Assembly: GCF_009914755.1 (NCBI RefSeq)
Contig: NC_060928.1
From: the human T2T-CHM13v2.0 reference genome, Homo sapiens
Strand: one strand, 5' to 3'
DNA: 64,000 bases
This document shows, in pieces, positions 30,216 through 41,627 of this stretch. Each line of letters opens with the position of its first letter. The first letter of the stretch is position 1. The notes beneath the pieces were generated by a model. It was not told where the DNA came from and ran no database searches. It worked only from the letters and a program-made list of their open reading frames with translations. Both the position numbers and the translations under genes were made by a program.

Positions 30216-31719
30216 CAACTTGCTTTTTAATCTGTATTTTGAAAATGTTTCTTGTATCCTGTCCCATCAAGAAGCATTCTCTCAAATTTGATGCTAACTT
30301 TCATCTTATGGAAAATGAAACTGAATGAAGTTTAGCCTCTTTAGGGTTGTGTCCTCAAAGCTCTAAGTAATATAAATATTTGATAGATTCTGATGAAGTT
30401 ATTTGTAAAAAAAATAAAAACAAAAAAACAACGAATCAAAACTTCCCAGTCCATCTCTAAAGCTCTGTTCCTCCAGCCTTTGACAAGGCCTTCTCAAATG
30501 ACAGAATAATTGCCACTCCTCTTTTCTTTCTGTGGTGCAAATGACACCACATATGGACCCATTACTAAGAGAAGAGCATCACATTTAATGACCTTCAATT
30601 AAATATCAGGTGTGATGCCAGGCTCTTTCCAAACATCGCTGTTGGATAAATAATATACCATCATTTTCAAATAAGGCTAGGTTAAATTCAAGGATTCCAG
30701 CATTGATCAAGGGAAAAACAAGGATATGAGAGGCACTAACATTGCTTTGTTGGGCTGTGCTTGCATAGAGTTGCATGAAAGAGTCCCTTCCACCAAGACA
30801 TCTTCCAGAGGCAATGGCACAAAGCCACACCCAGAAGCAAAATAGAGAAAAGGATCTCTTTAGGAAAAGGAGAAAATCATAGAGGGAGCTCACCTAAGTG
30901 ATGTTCTTGTCTCAGCAGCTACTGCGGAATCTCTGAGTGAAAGAGCTATAAAAAGAGGCAGCAATTGAGGGTTTAGCTACAAAGGTCATCTGCTTATCTG
31001 TAATTAGCAGATGTTGAGTGTAGTTTTGCAGGGCGTGCAAACTAGGTAGGCTCTAAATGGCTAAAAATATGATTATTTGAACTATATTTGAAGAAACTGG
31101 GTGTGTACAAATTTTAGTTTTAACATCAGTAGGCTTTAGCTAATTGTCCTAGCTTGCTGTGAAGATGTAAACAATATGGGGATAGTTTGGGGCTAATACA
31201 CTGGGGCCATCGCTACTGGTTTATTTCTGTAACAGACTGAAAATGGCTTGTCTCATATGATGCAGCAGGGGGAAGGTAAAACTGGAAGATGAACCCACAC
31301 TAACGTTTATCATTCCATCAGATGAATGTTATATATGCCATTCCTTACAAGAGTGCCTTTTCCTGGTGTAAAAATTTTTGCATTCTCAAGCATTAAAGGG
31401 AAAACTTTATCTCCAAAGTGTCATAAAGAAAGACAGTAAAACAAATGTTCAAAGAGTAGCCACTCTTCTTGTTCTCTTTCATTAGAATCCTGAACTGATA
31501 ACAGGATTTGAGAGAGATTATTAAAAAAAAAAAACAACAAAAAAAACAGAGGCAGTGCATATAAGAAAGTAAAGAAAGTAGAGAGAAAAGGGCTGTGCAT
31601 ATGTGCGTGGGCAGATGTGAGAGATAAAGAGAGATAGAGGGATAAAGAGAGAGCAAACTGGTGTGTTTACGTTCTTTAGATCTTTAACTTCTTTGAGAAT
31701 GTTACTTTTCCCATTGTCT

Positions 31720-31990
31720 TCCAGCTTTACTGAGGTATGGTTGACAAATACAAATTATGTATATTGAAGGTATACAACATAAGGATATATGTACACATTG
31801 TGAAATGATTACCACATCAAGCTAATTAATATACCAATCAGCTCACATAGTTTTTTTTTTTGTTGTTAGAATATTCAAGTTCTATTCTCTTAGCTTGCAA
31901 CTATACATTATTAACTAAAACCACCATGCTATGCTGTATATTAGAATTCAACAACTTATTCACTTTATAACTGAACATTTGTACCCTTTG
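31720..31990 (-). mobile_element. L1MA/MB-type 3' end fragment
   Basis: CAGCTTTACTGAGGTAT..TTGACAAATA...TACACATTGTGAAATGATTACCAC.TCAAGCTAATTAA...TGTACCCTTTG. Confidence 0.75.
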
Positions 31991-32530
31991 TGCCTCTTTC
32001 CACTGCTTCAGTGAGATTTTGAATTAGTTGAAGTCAGCCATCTGGGAGACATCAATGATATATCTTTTTGAATTAAAAGACTGATGTTGTGACAAGACAT
32101 ATGCAGTAAAATGTTTTATTAGAAACCTATATTAAGGGAGTTTCGTGATAATAAATTGTTAGGATTTATTCTTGCTCCTGGCCAACGTGAAAGCAGGTGA
32201 CCCCTTTAGTGCAAGGTTCATTTAACATTCACCCTTCCAAGGAAGGTTTAGCCTTATTGGGATGTCACGTTTAGGAGTTCTCCTGTTAGGATGCCTACTG
32301 TGTACTGGACTTGGGCTTTATTTCCTGTCTCCCTGGATGGCATCAAAATGCAAGTTCAAGGTCACCATGGTATTTCAGACATGCTCAGGAACTTTGGCAC
32401 TTTGTGTCCTCGGGGTGACCACCTTCTTCACCTGATCTGGGGACTCTGGGGCTTTTTAACTCCTAAGTTCATAACTCTTTCCTCTAATTGAACTAGTAAA
32501 GCTTTTTTTCTTCACCCCCTCCCCACCCTT

Positions 32531-33912
32531 ATTAACAATGTAGATGCTTTTCTTTTCCCTTGATTGAAATGTGATTCAGGAGGAGTTGAAGTTTTTCTAC
32601 TCCATTTGGATGATTTTCAACCCTTTGAAGCTTCTTTAAGAAAATAAATTGCATGAAATGTTTGGCATTAAAGTATTCCTTATTAAGAAGAAAGGCAGGA
32701 AGAAATGGAAGAAGAAAAAAAACCCATTCCTTTATATTATAATACAAATGCATATTCATATTCTGAATTTTAAAATTAACATTATAATAAAGCTGTTTTT
32801 ATCTTTAGGAATATCATGAGCACCACTGTCAATAATATTCTACCCTAAAACAGATCCATGCATATATCCAACTTTGAAAAAAATACATGTCCCATTCTCT
32901 TATAGGTGAGAAAATTAGAAATCACTTGGGAGCTTTGTTTTTGTTTTTAGCTATAGCTTCTCAAAACCCTCTTACCAAAGAATCTGATTCTGTACTGCTG
33001 GTTTGGATCTTAGCAAACACATTAAAAAAAACTCTTCAAGTGATTTGGGGAGTTAGGTTTTTCATATGCTGAATTACTCTAGGTTTCTTTTGATGTTGAT
33101 CACTATGAACTCAGAGAAAGATGGTGCCTTGCCTAAACTCACAACAGAGCTAGACAGTGATAGATTCCAGATTAGAACTCAGACTCCTGCCCTCCAAAGC
33201 AGCACTGAAAATTCAGTCATATCCAAACCATAAAATTTACTCTTTCTCTGTGTAGTCACCAGTCTAAGCACTGCTCATTAGGCAGAAAATTTTTGTTTTG
33301 AACAGTGTCTTGCTTCATTGACATAGAATTGCAAAAAGAAGCCTAACAGATTTCCCAAGTCTTGTGCAACAATAAAAAATATATGCAAAAGCAGATTTAA
33401 TTCCCTGACCTAAACACATGCCCTCCATCCTCCACTCCAGAGAAAAAATAATTTCCATTTAAAAGGTGTTTTGACATTGATTAGTTGAGACTAAAGTCCC
33501 ACATAACTCAACTGCTTGAAAATGAAGTCATAGCTAATGGCTCTTCCTGGCTTCAGCCAAAGAAACATTGAGCAGCGTCTAAAGAAACATCTGTCTTTTC
33601 ATATGTATGAACAGTTTTTGTTGTAAATCCTATAGGATTCTTGATATTCATTATGAAAGAAAATCCGTATGATCATTTTAAAGACCATCTGCTCAGGGTT
33701 TAGGATCATCACCTGGCTGGGCTTCCTGAAGCACTGTGTCCAAAAGGAACTAACAAACATGCTGTAAAAATTCATGCAACTTTGTTTTTTTCTTCAGCAC
33801 CCCGCCTCCCCGATTAACAATGTAGATGCTTTTCTTTTCCCTTGATTGAAGAGTGATTCAGGAAGAGCTGAAGTTTTTCTACTCCATTTGGGTGATTTTC
33901 CTCTCTTTGAAG
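32531..33912 (+). repeat. 100-bp dispersed direct repeat (32531-32630 and 33813-33912)
   Basis: 92/100 identical, no gaps, offset 1282 bp. Both copies are preceded by a T7-CTTCA plus C-rich leader. Confidence 0.92.
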
Positions 33913-34136
33913 TAACGCTACCTTAGAGCTAGAAACAATTTTTAGAGATCTAAAGCTGTGGCTATCAACAGTGGGAAATTTATTTTTATCAACTCTTTTT
34001 TCTTCCCATTTGATATATGACTGGGCTCTTAAAAGTATCAGTTGAATCAGCTGAATACCATGCAAAGGAATATGTGTGGAGTCATCAGCACCTTGTGATT
34101 AATACAAATGTGGCTCAGGAAAACACAGAAACACGC

Positions 34137-34244
34137 AGAGCAAGAGAGCAAGAGTGAGAGCCAGAGAGAGAGTGAGAGCCAGAGAGAGAGTGAGAGCCAG
34201 AGAGTGAGAGCCAGAGCCAGAGAGAGAGAGCCAGAGAGAGAGAG

Positions 34245-34295
<51 letters not shown>
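34137..34295 (+). repeat. Compound GA-rich repeat: AGAGTGAGAGCCAGAGAG-like units grading into pure (AG)24
   Basis: Pure AG run at 34247-34294. Confidence 0.95.
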
Positions 34296-34298
<3 letters not shown>

Positions 34299-37126
34299 CA
34301 GTTGGTATTATTTGAGTTTTGAAACCACGGGGACATCAAAGTCTTTCTTGATCTGCTGCAAAATGTTACTAAAACAGTTACATCTTACACTCTGTTCTTA
34401 GAATAATGTCACATGGAAAACTTTGCAACTTTTAAGATACAAGGATGCTACTGGAGAAACGTATTGAAAACTCGGAAAGCAGTATGAGAAGGGGGTTGAA
34501 GTGACCTCTTCCTCTATGTAAAAAAGGTGTCTGATAAAGTAAACCAGGAAAAATCTATTTTTCCCCTACATCCTACTTAAGATGTGTTCTCCAATTGATT
34601 TGTCAATGCTACAAACTCACCATTCTCTTGTCAAATGCCAGCAAGCATGGGAATATCATCTTTCAGGTGAGAAGCCAGGCACAGAATTTTCCTATTGCGG
34701 AGGCATACACACATCCCACGCCTTTCCTGTGCACTCTTTTTCTTTTTCTTTTTAATGTGTTGTGCCAAAACCCCAATCCCTCCAAAATATAAGCTCAAAA
34801 CTAGAATAATGAAGTAGGATATATCCTTACTATAAACACTAGCTTGAGATGTCCATATATGTTACAAATTAAAAATACCAATCTCCAGGACGGATTAACT
34901 GTGGGATCTCAGGTAAGTTGATCATCTATTCTGAGTCTCAGTTTCCAAAAGAGAATACAAAGCCCATAGCACAGCCCTGGGGCCCAAATCAGCCCAAAAG
35001 TGTGTCACAAATATTGGGTACATATATTATAGAACACTTATCCTAAGAACCGAAATTTCTATGCTGCATTATTTTTCTTGTGTATGATTTTGTTCTCCCA
35101 AGATTTTTAAACTCCTCCAAGCAAGGGATAAAGTTTATCCTTTCTTTATATTTTATGAGAGTACAGTGTTGAGCCAGAAACATACTAGTGGTAAGTTAGC
35201 ATTGTTGATTGCTGGGTTCATTCAACTGATTGAATAGCCAAAATAGCAACATTTACTCTATCTTGACTTGAATTTTCTCGTTGCATATTAGTTTGTTTTG
35301 TAAGAATGGTTATGTATATTCCTTACCCCCAAAAAATAATTCCAATCAAGCAAAGCTTGACATTGACAGGTTCTGTTGCTCAGCTTCTGCTTTAAGCACT
35401 AATAAAGGCTAAAATGACCACGTCTTCAGTCACGCTGTAGAAAATAGAGGGGATCATTGTGCTCATAGAGGAGCTCTGACTGGTAAGACTGCACTTGCAT
35501 TGCTCTATAAGTTAGTGAAATCAGTTCCCTTTGAGCATGAATTATGTTTTTGCAAAATGGTATTAATCATTTATGTTCTGCATGTTCTATAGATGGCTAT
35601 TAAGTGTTTGTCAAAAGATGAATTAATAAACAATAGACAAATGTGAAGCTAATTCTTTGATGGTGTATGGGCATTCATGGAGAATGTGATACTAGCTCCA
35701 TGAAATACTACTTTTTAAAGCAATTTATTAGGAATTGATAGTTCACGTTCTAGCTATTGTAGATCAAAGCCTGTATTTAGAATTTTTATTCCTTCAGGTT
35801 CAAACAAGGACAATAGCTATAAGACAGCTTTTTTTTCTCCTACATTATTGATATATATTGGAATGTACCATGTTTTAGGAGGAAGAACAACAAGCATAGC
35901 TTTTGAAATTAGAAGTCTACAGAGGAATTTAATTCTCCTATTTGTAGTTGTGCCTCCTTGGGTCAGCGTTTGCCTTATCTGAGTTTCCTCAGCAACCGAA
36001 TAAATAATAATACCTGCAATATCTGCTATAATGAGACAGATTTATTTCAAAAAAAAATAATGCCACCATTACTATCATAACACACAGAATATGGAAAAAT
36101 TTCAGGGTGAGGCTCAGAATAGGAAACCTGAATTAGTTTAAAAGAAAACCTAGGGACAGTGGTTATATATCCTATAATTTCCTCTGATATTTTGACTAGC
36201 TGACTTTATTAAGATACATGTTTCTACCACCTATAGATGGACGTGAGGGAAGGCACCATCACATCTAATAAGTTTGTGTCTCTTCAATTTATGGGTTGCT
36301 CCATTGATGAGTGATTGTCCCCACTAAACCTCACCTGGGAGAAATAATAGAGCCTTTTGGAAGGACCAGGATATCTAAACAAAACAGTCTTATAGAAGTA
36401 CATAGACAGAGCAAGAATCACAGATCAGAGATAAAATATAACAGGCAGTCCTGAGACAACGAATACTCATTTCCCAAAACATCAGAATAATGATAACCTC
36501 TGGGGAAAGAGAGAAGAATAAAACTGGGAATGGGCTTGCAGAGCCCTTGAAGATACTAGCTTAATCTAGTTCTTAACCTGAGTTTTGATTTCACACACTT
36601 TATGATTATTTGTAATTTGCCCATGCATAAATTATATATTTTTCAAATGTACATTTAACATTACATTTATTTATGACATAAAGAAGTATACAGAATGAAA
36701 TACTGCAAATCCAAGATCTAAAGTGGGATTAATGGCAAACAATTACCTAGCTAAAACTATGAACTGACTCCAGAATAAAATATACTGAGCCATCTGGTAG
36801 CTGAGTTAGTGTTTGAGGCTGCCTGAAAAAACAGCACAGACCAAGTCTGGATCAATTTAATTGATTAACATATTTATGTTATCAGAAACTGGCAAATCAC
36901 TAAAGGATTCATTTGGTCACTATTTAGGAACTTGGGCTGAATAACAATTCTTAATAAAATGTATTTCAGTAAATAGCTGTTAATATGTAAATATAGGAAT
37001 TTATTGTAGGTATTCTATTTTACTACAATGGCATTCTTTGACATTTAGGCTTTGCTCACACCCAGACTTAGAGACTACTTCTGAGATTAATTCTGGCAGT
37101 AGGCAATCAAGCTGAATTTTATCCAG

Positions 37127-37552
37127 TGAGAGATTGACAACACAAATGGCCAACAGCCGGATGTTATTTCACCATAGAACTCTGACCCCTAATTCCTTGC
37201 AGCAACCAGCTCTGGGAGCCAAACCACAACCTTATAGAAATTGGCTCAAAAAATAAGAACTTGGTCAGGGACTGCCAGCTGCCCTAATTTTTGTTCCTAT
37301 TTCCAACTCAGGACCAACCAGAGGAAGGCAAATGCACTCCCCAAACCAATCACATGCTTCTAGTTGACATTCAACTTTCCCAACCTTCAGTTGAATGTAC
37401 CAGAAGTCTTCCCATGTTTTCACTGTAAAGCTTCTCTATTACCTTCTGTGCCTTTAAGCCTGTACCAAATACAAGGGACAAGGCTGACTCTCTGATAGAG
37501 CAAGTTCTAAATAAACAGTTTGTTCTCATTTGAATTGTCTTCATTTATTTCC
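37127..37552 (+). mobile_element. ERV1-class solo LTR (MER89/MER90/MER110-like)
   Basis: TG start, CAACTCAGGACCAACCAGAG..., CCAAT box, AATAAA at ~37510, possible 4-bp TSD CCAG. Confidence 0.55.
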
Positions 37553-37586
37553 CCAGTTACTGCTTTCATTCAATTTTCATTAAAAT

Positions 37587-37609
37587 AACAACAACAACAA
37601 CAACAACAA
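37587..37609 (+). repeat. (AAC)7 microsatellite
   Basis: Read directly. Confidence 0.9.
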
Positions 37610-37822
37610 TTGCATTGGAAACCTTTCACCCTGCCCCTATTTCATTCCTAGTTGCAAAAAAGTAACATTAATGGAGAAAAAGTGTGTTTAATTATCGTAT
37701 CCATTCTTCTGAATACTGAGCAAGAAGTAACCAAGATTATTATAAATATAGTGTAACAATAGGGAAAATGATATGGAGTCATTTTTTTGAATTTAAACAT
37801 AAATGCATAAATGAGTATGTGT

Positions 37823-37824
<2 letters not shown>

Positions 37825-37860
<36 letters not shown>

Positions 37861-37861
37861 A
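37825..37861 (+). repeat. (AC)n microsatellite
   Basis: Read directly. Confidence 0.92.
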
Positions 37862-39555
37862 GAGTAGGCCAATTCAAAAGAGAAACATGGAAAAATAAGA
37901 AATGGTAGTTTTGCTTGGTGATTGGATTGTGGATGGCATTTTATATTTTTTATTCTTGTTTCAATATTCTTTAGTGAAATTGTTTTGAAAAATGAAGCAG
38001 CATCTCTTGCTTAAACAAATTAAACAGGTGTTCCAGGTCTGCTCTCTGACAGAAGCTTTTGCACCTAGAAATCTTACCTAATTATGACTTCTAAATGGTT
38101 CCCTGAGTGTACTTTACACACTGTAAACTTCTCTGCAAATGTAAAAGATGATTATTATTCTATAAGAACTATTTAAATACAGAAATACCTGAATTTGTGT
38201 GCCTAAAATGTACACTGGCTGAGATCCCCTGGTTTTGGAAATTAAAGTCTAGTATGTCTGTGATAATGTAGCCAATACATCCTCTGATGTACCATTTTTG
38301 CCGCAAAGATGGTCCAGGATGGGATAACAGAATAAAGCTAAGCTGGGGATACACATGATCTGATGGAAACAAATTGTATCAAGATGGGCTGTTAGTATGA
38401 CCAAAAAAAAACATGTAAAATGCCTATAAAGTACAATATATTCAGTACATAGAGGCAAATCTTAAGGTGATGGAAAGAACCAGGAGTCAAGAGACCTGAA
38501 ATAATTGTGCAACCCTGTAACTAACAAGGAGTGGGGCTGACTCAGATGGTTCATCTGCTTTTGGGTTCTCTATTTCCTAATAGTTAAGATAAGGATTTGA
38601 GATGTGGTATTTCAGGAGGCCATTTCAGATCTGGCATTTTATTCTAGTAGGGCTCTGTATATTGCATTAGATTTCATATTATTTCTGTCTGGCCTTGTAG
38701 CACACCATTAATCCTCAATTGTATTGCTACATTGGGAGGAGGAGAGAATCATCAAATCAGAAAAAAAGCTAAGAAAGTTAGGTGATGGGAAAGAAAGAAA
38801 AACCTAATTTGTCTGTTACAGTTCATTTCACATGTAGAGGGAGTTAAGATGGGAAAAGTGTATCTCAGAAGGTAATTACATATTGCCTGCAATCAATAGA
38901 ACACACTGGGGAGAGGAAAGCTACTTGTATTACACTTAGAATTAGGGGCTTCATGTTGTTGCTTGAGTTATTCTTGGTCACAGCAGCTGAAGCAACACTT
39001 ATAAAGCCTGAAGCCTACTCCAAAACTTTCCAACTCAAGCTCTGTCCTGTCTCCAAATCCGTGTCTCCCCATATGAAGAAGCATACACTTTGGGCCATTC
39101 TCAGATATTGCGATCAGTCGTGAAGTGTGACTGGAATCATTTACCACTATTAATGCTTAATTATTTGAGAGTATTGAATCATGAATTTGAAATAGATAAC
39201 TCGGTGAGGTTGCTGTTGATAATTCCACTTTTACCTTCTTGCACGATGCAATTCTTCTTGAATCAGCAAGAATGCGATGGAATTAGATTTATTGCACTTA
39301 CACCTGTGCTTAGCACTCATCATTTCCTTGGTCATTTCATGGTCATGTGACCTGTGTGAGTGTTTCACAGTCAAAATAGCATGCTGCTCATTAGCCTTAT
39401 TGATGGATCCCTCAACTGCTACAAGTTCAAATAGAACTTGTGCTCTCACTCAGACCTTCTCCTCTGCATGTGGTCCTCAAGGCAGTAACATTATCTTATC
39501 ACTCTTTCCCAAATGCTCAAGCTGGGAACCTCAGAGTTATCTTTAGTTTCTCCAT

Positions 39556-40015
39556 TGTATAGGTCAGGATTCTTGCTTTTAGGTGATATAAACACGATTC
39601 AAAAAGGCTTTTGCAAAGAGTGAATTTATTGGTCTGTCTAGCTTGATTACAGCTTCTGACACAGCTAGACTTAAGGATTCTAATAATATCATCAAGCATT
39701 TGCTCTTCTCCTCTCTCTTGCCTCTGATTTTCTCTGGGTTGACTTTGTTCTCAGTCTGTTGTCAAATGGTAGTTCTGGGGTTAATTCATGCTTAAATTTC
39801 AAATAGAAAATAACAGATCATTATTTCATTTGTTCCAGAAATTCTATGGCAGTACTGGCTGTGCCTGAGAAACCTCCTGCCACTCAAGCCCAGCAAGGTA
39901 AGGTGCTCAGATTGGTCAATCTGGATTCCATCCCTCCCCCATGTGACCATGTGATTGGAGGAGTTATCAGTGTGGGAGAGAAAGTTGCTGCATAGGACAG
40001 TGATAGACATAGGGG
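39556..40015 (-). mobile_element. Ancient MLT1J/K/L-type MaLR LTR relic
   Basis: TGTATAGGTCAGGATTCTT...GAATTTATTGG...TCTCTGGGTTGACTTTGTTCTCAG...CTCAGATTGGTC. Confidence 0.5.
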
Positions 40016-40177
40016 ACATCCGTATTTCTTTCACTCGTTAGCCAATGAACTGACAAGTTGTATGGATTTTATATTTTAAATAACTCTTGCATCATTTTCT
40101 CCTTCAAATTCCACTGCTATTACCTGAGTTCAGGTCCTCATTATCTCTCACCCAGTCAGTTGTGTTAGCATGTTAAC

Positions 40178-40537
40178 TGATATGGGTTTGTTCCGTGTCC
40201 CCACTCAAATCTCATCTTGAATTGTACTCCCATAATTCCCACATATTGTAGGAGGGATGCGGTGGGAGATAATTTGAATCACGGGGGCGTTTTCCCCCAT
40301 ACTGTTCTCGTGGCAGTGAAGAAGTCTCATGAGAGCTGATGGTTTTAACAGAGGTTTCCGCTTTTGCGTCTTCCTCATTTTCTCTTGCTCCTGCAATGTA
40401 AAAAGTATCTTTCGCCCTCCGCCATGATTCTGAGCCCGCTCCCCAAGAGCCATGTAGAACTGTAAGCCCATTTAAACCTCTTTTTCTACCCAATCTCAGG
40501 TGTGTCTTTATCAGCAGCATAAAAACGGACTAATACA
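40178..40537 (+). mobile_element. THE1A-type MaLR solo LTR
   Basis: TGATATGG...GGACTAATACA; perfect TSD TTAAC at 40173-40177 and 40538-40542. Confidence 0.94.
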
Positions 40538-41269
40538 TTAACTTTTCTCCTTTTTTCAAGTTCTCTGTAATCCCAACCATTTTCTTAACAACATCCTACC
40601 AGTTCTTCTTCATGTCCATTATCCTTGAGGCATATTAATTTACAAAAGGTTCCCTGAAATCATCATGATCCCTGATACTTCATATCTTTGCATAGACTGT
40701 TCAGCACGTTTCTTGTTCATGTGAGGAAACAACTCCTTATACATTAACAAAGACAGATGCAACGCTATCTCCCATCCCACATAGTCCTGGAGTTCCAAGG
40801 TTGAAAATTAAGGACTAAAATTATTGGTAAAATTATTTGGCCTCAGAATCAGGAAAATGAGAGAAATGAATATGGAAGAAAAGTGAGACTTCAACATAGG
40901 AAAATTGAACAGAACTGAGGTTCAAGATGCGAGCTTTGAAACTAAGGTGGAATATTAAGAACAGGGTCAATGCTGGAGTACAAGTCAGGGTAGCTCATGG
41001 GAACCGTAGGGCTCAAGCCAAACCTATACTGCAGTCATGTTTGTCCAGATGGGCTTAGAGAATTAACAGAGGACAGGAAACAAGGCAGGTAAGCCTACTG
41101 GCTTCAGCTCTATCACTGTAATTTAACCGATTCCATTCTCAAAAGGAACTTGAACAATTTTTCTTCTTTATTTTCTCACTGGCCTGTGACCCTAGGAAAT
41201 GGTAGAGTTCCTTTTTATAGTTGCACTTCTTTCGTTGTTTTCTTTCTGTCAGGAAGAGAAATTGAATGC

Positions 41270-41627
41270 ATCCAAAGAATGGTTACAAGAAAAATAGGAT
41301 CTGAAGGGTGAGATATCTGCTTCGTATATTACCCTAATATATATATTATATTAGGTGTGTGCATATATATAATTATGTATACATTTTACTTATTATTTAT
41401 TATAATTATTAAATAATATATCACATTATATTATTATTAATTTATATTTATTTATTATTTAAATAATATAATATATTATTATAATTATATATGTATACAC
41501 ACCTAATACAATATATAATTATATATATACACACCTAATATAATATATATATATATTATATCACCCTAATATAAGAAGCAGCATCTCACCCTTCAGATCC
41601 TATTTTTCTTTCAATCATTCTTTGGAT
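41270..41627. repeat. Imperfect palindrome (inverted repeat) with an AT-rich centre
   Basis: Perfect 28-bp inverted match 41287-41314 / 41583-41610 and perfect 22-bp match 41339-41360 / 41529-41550. Confidence 0.93.

Noticed and set aside
32531-32630. H/ACA or C/D snoRNA reading of the duplicated module (ACAnnn near the minus-strand end)
   Set aside because: No convincing two-hairpin fold or canonical C/D boxes conserved in both copies.
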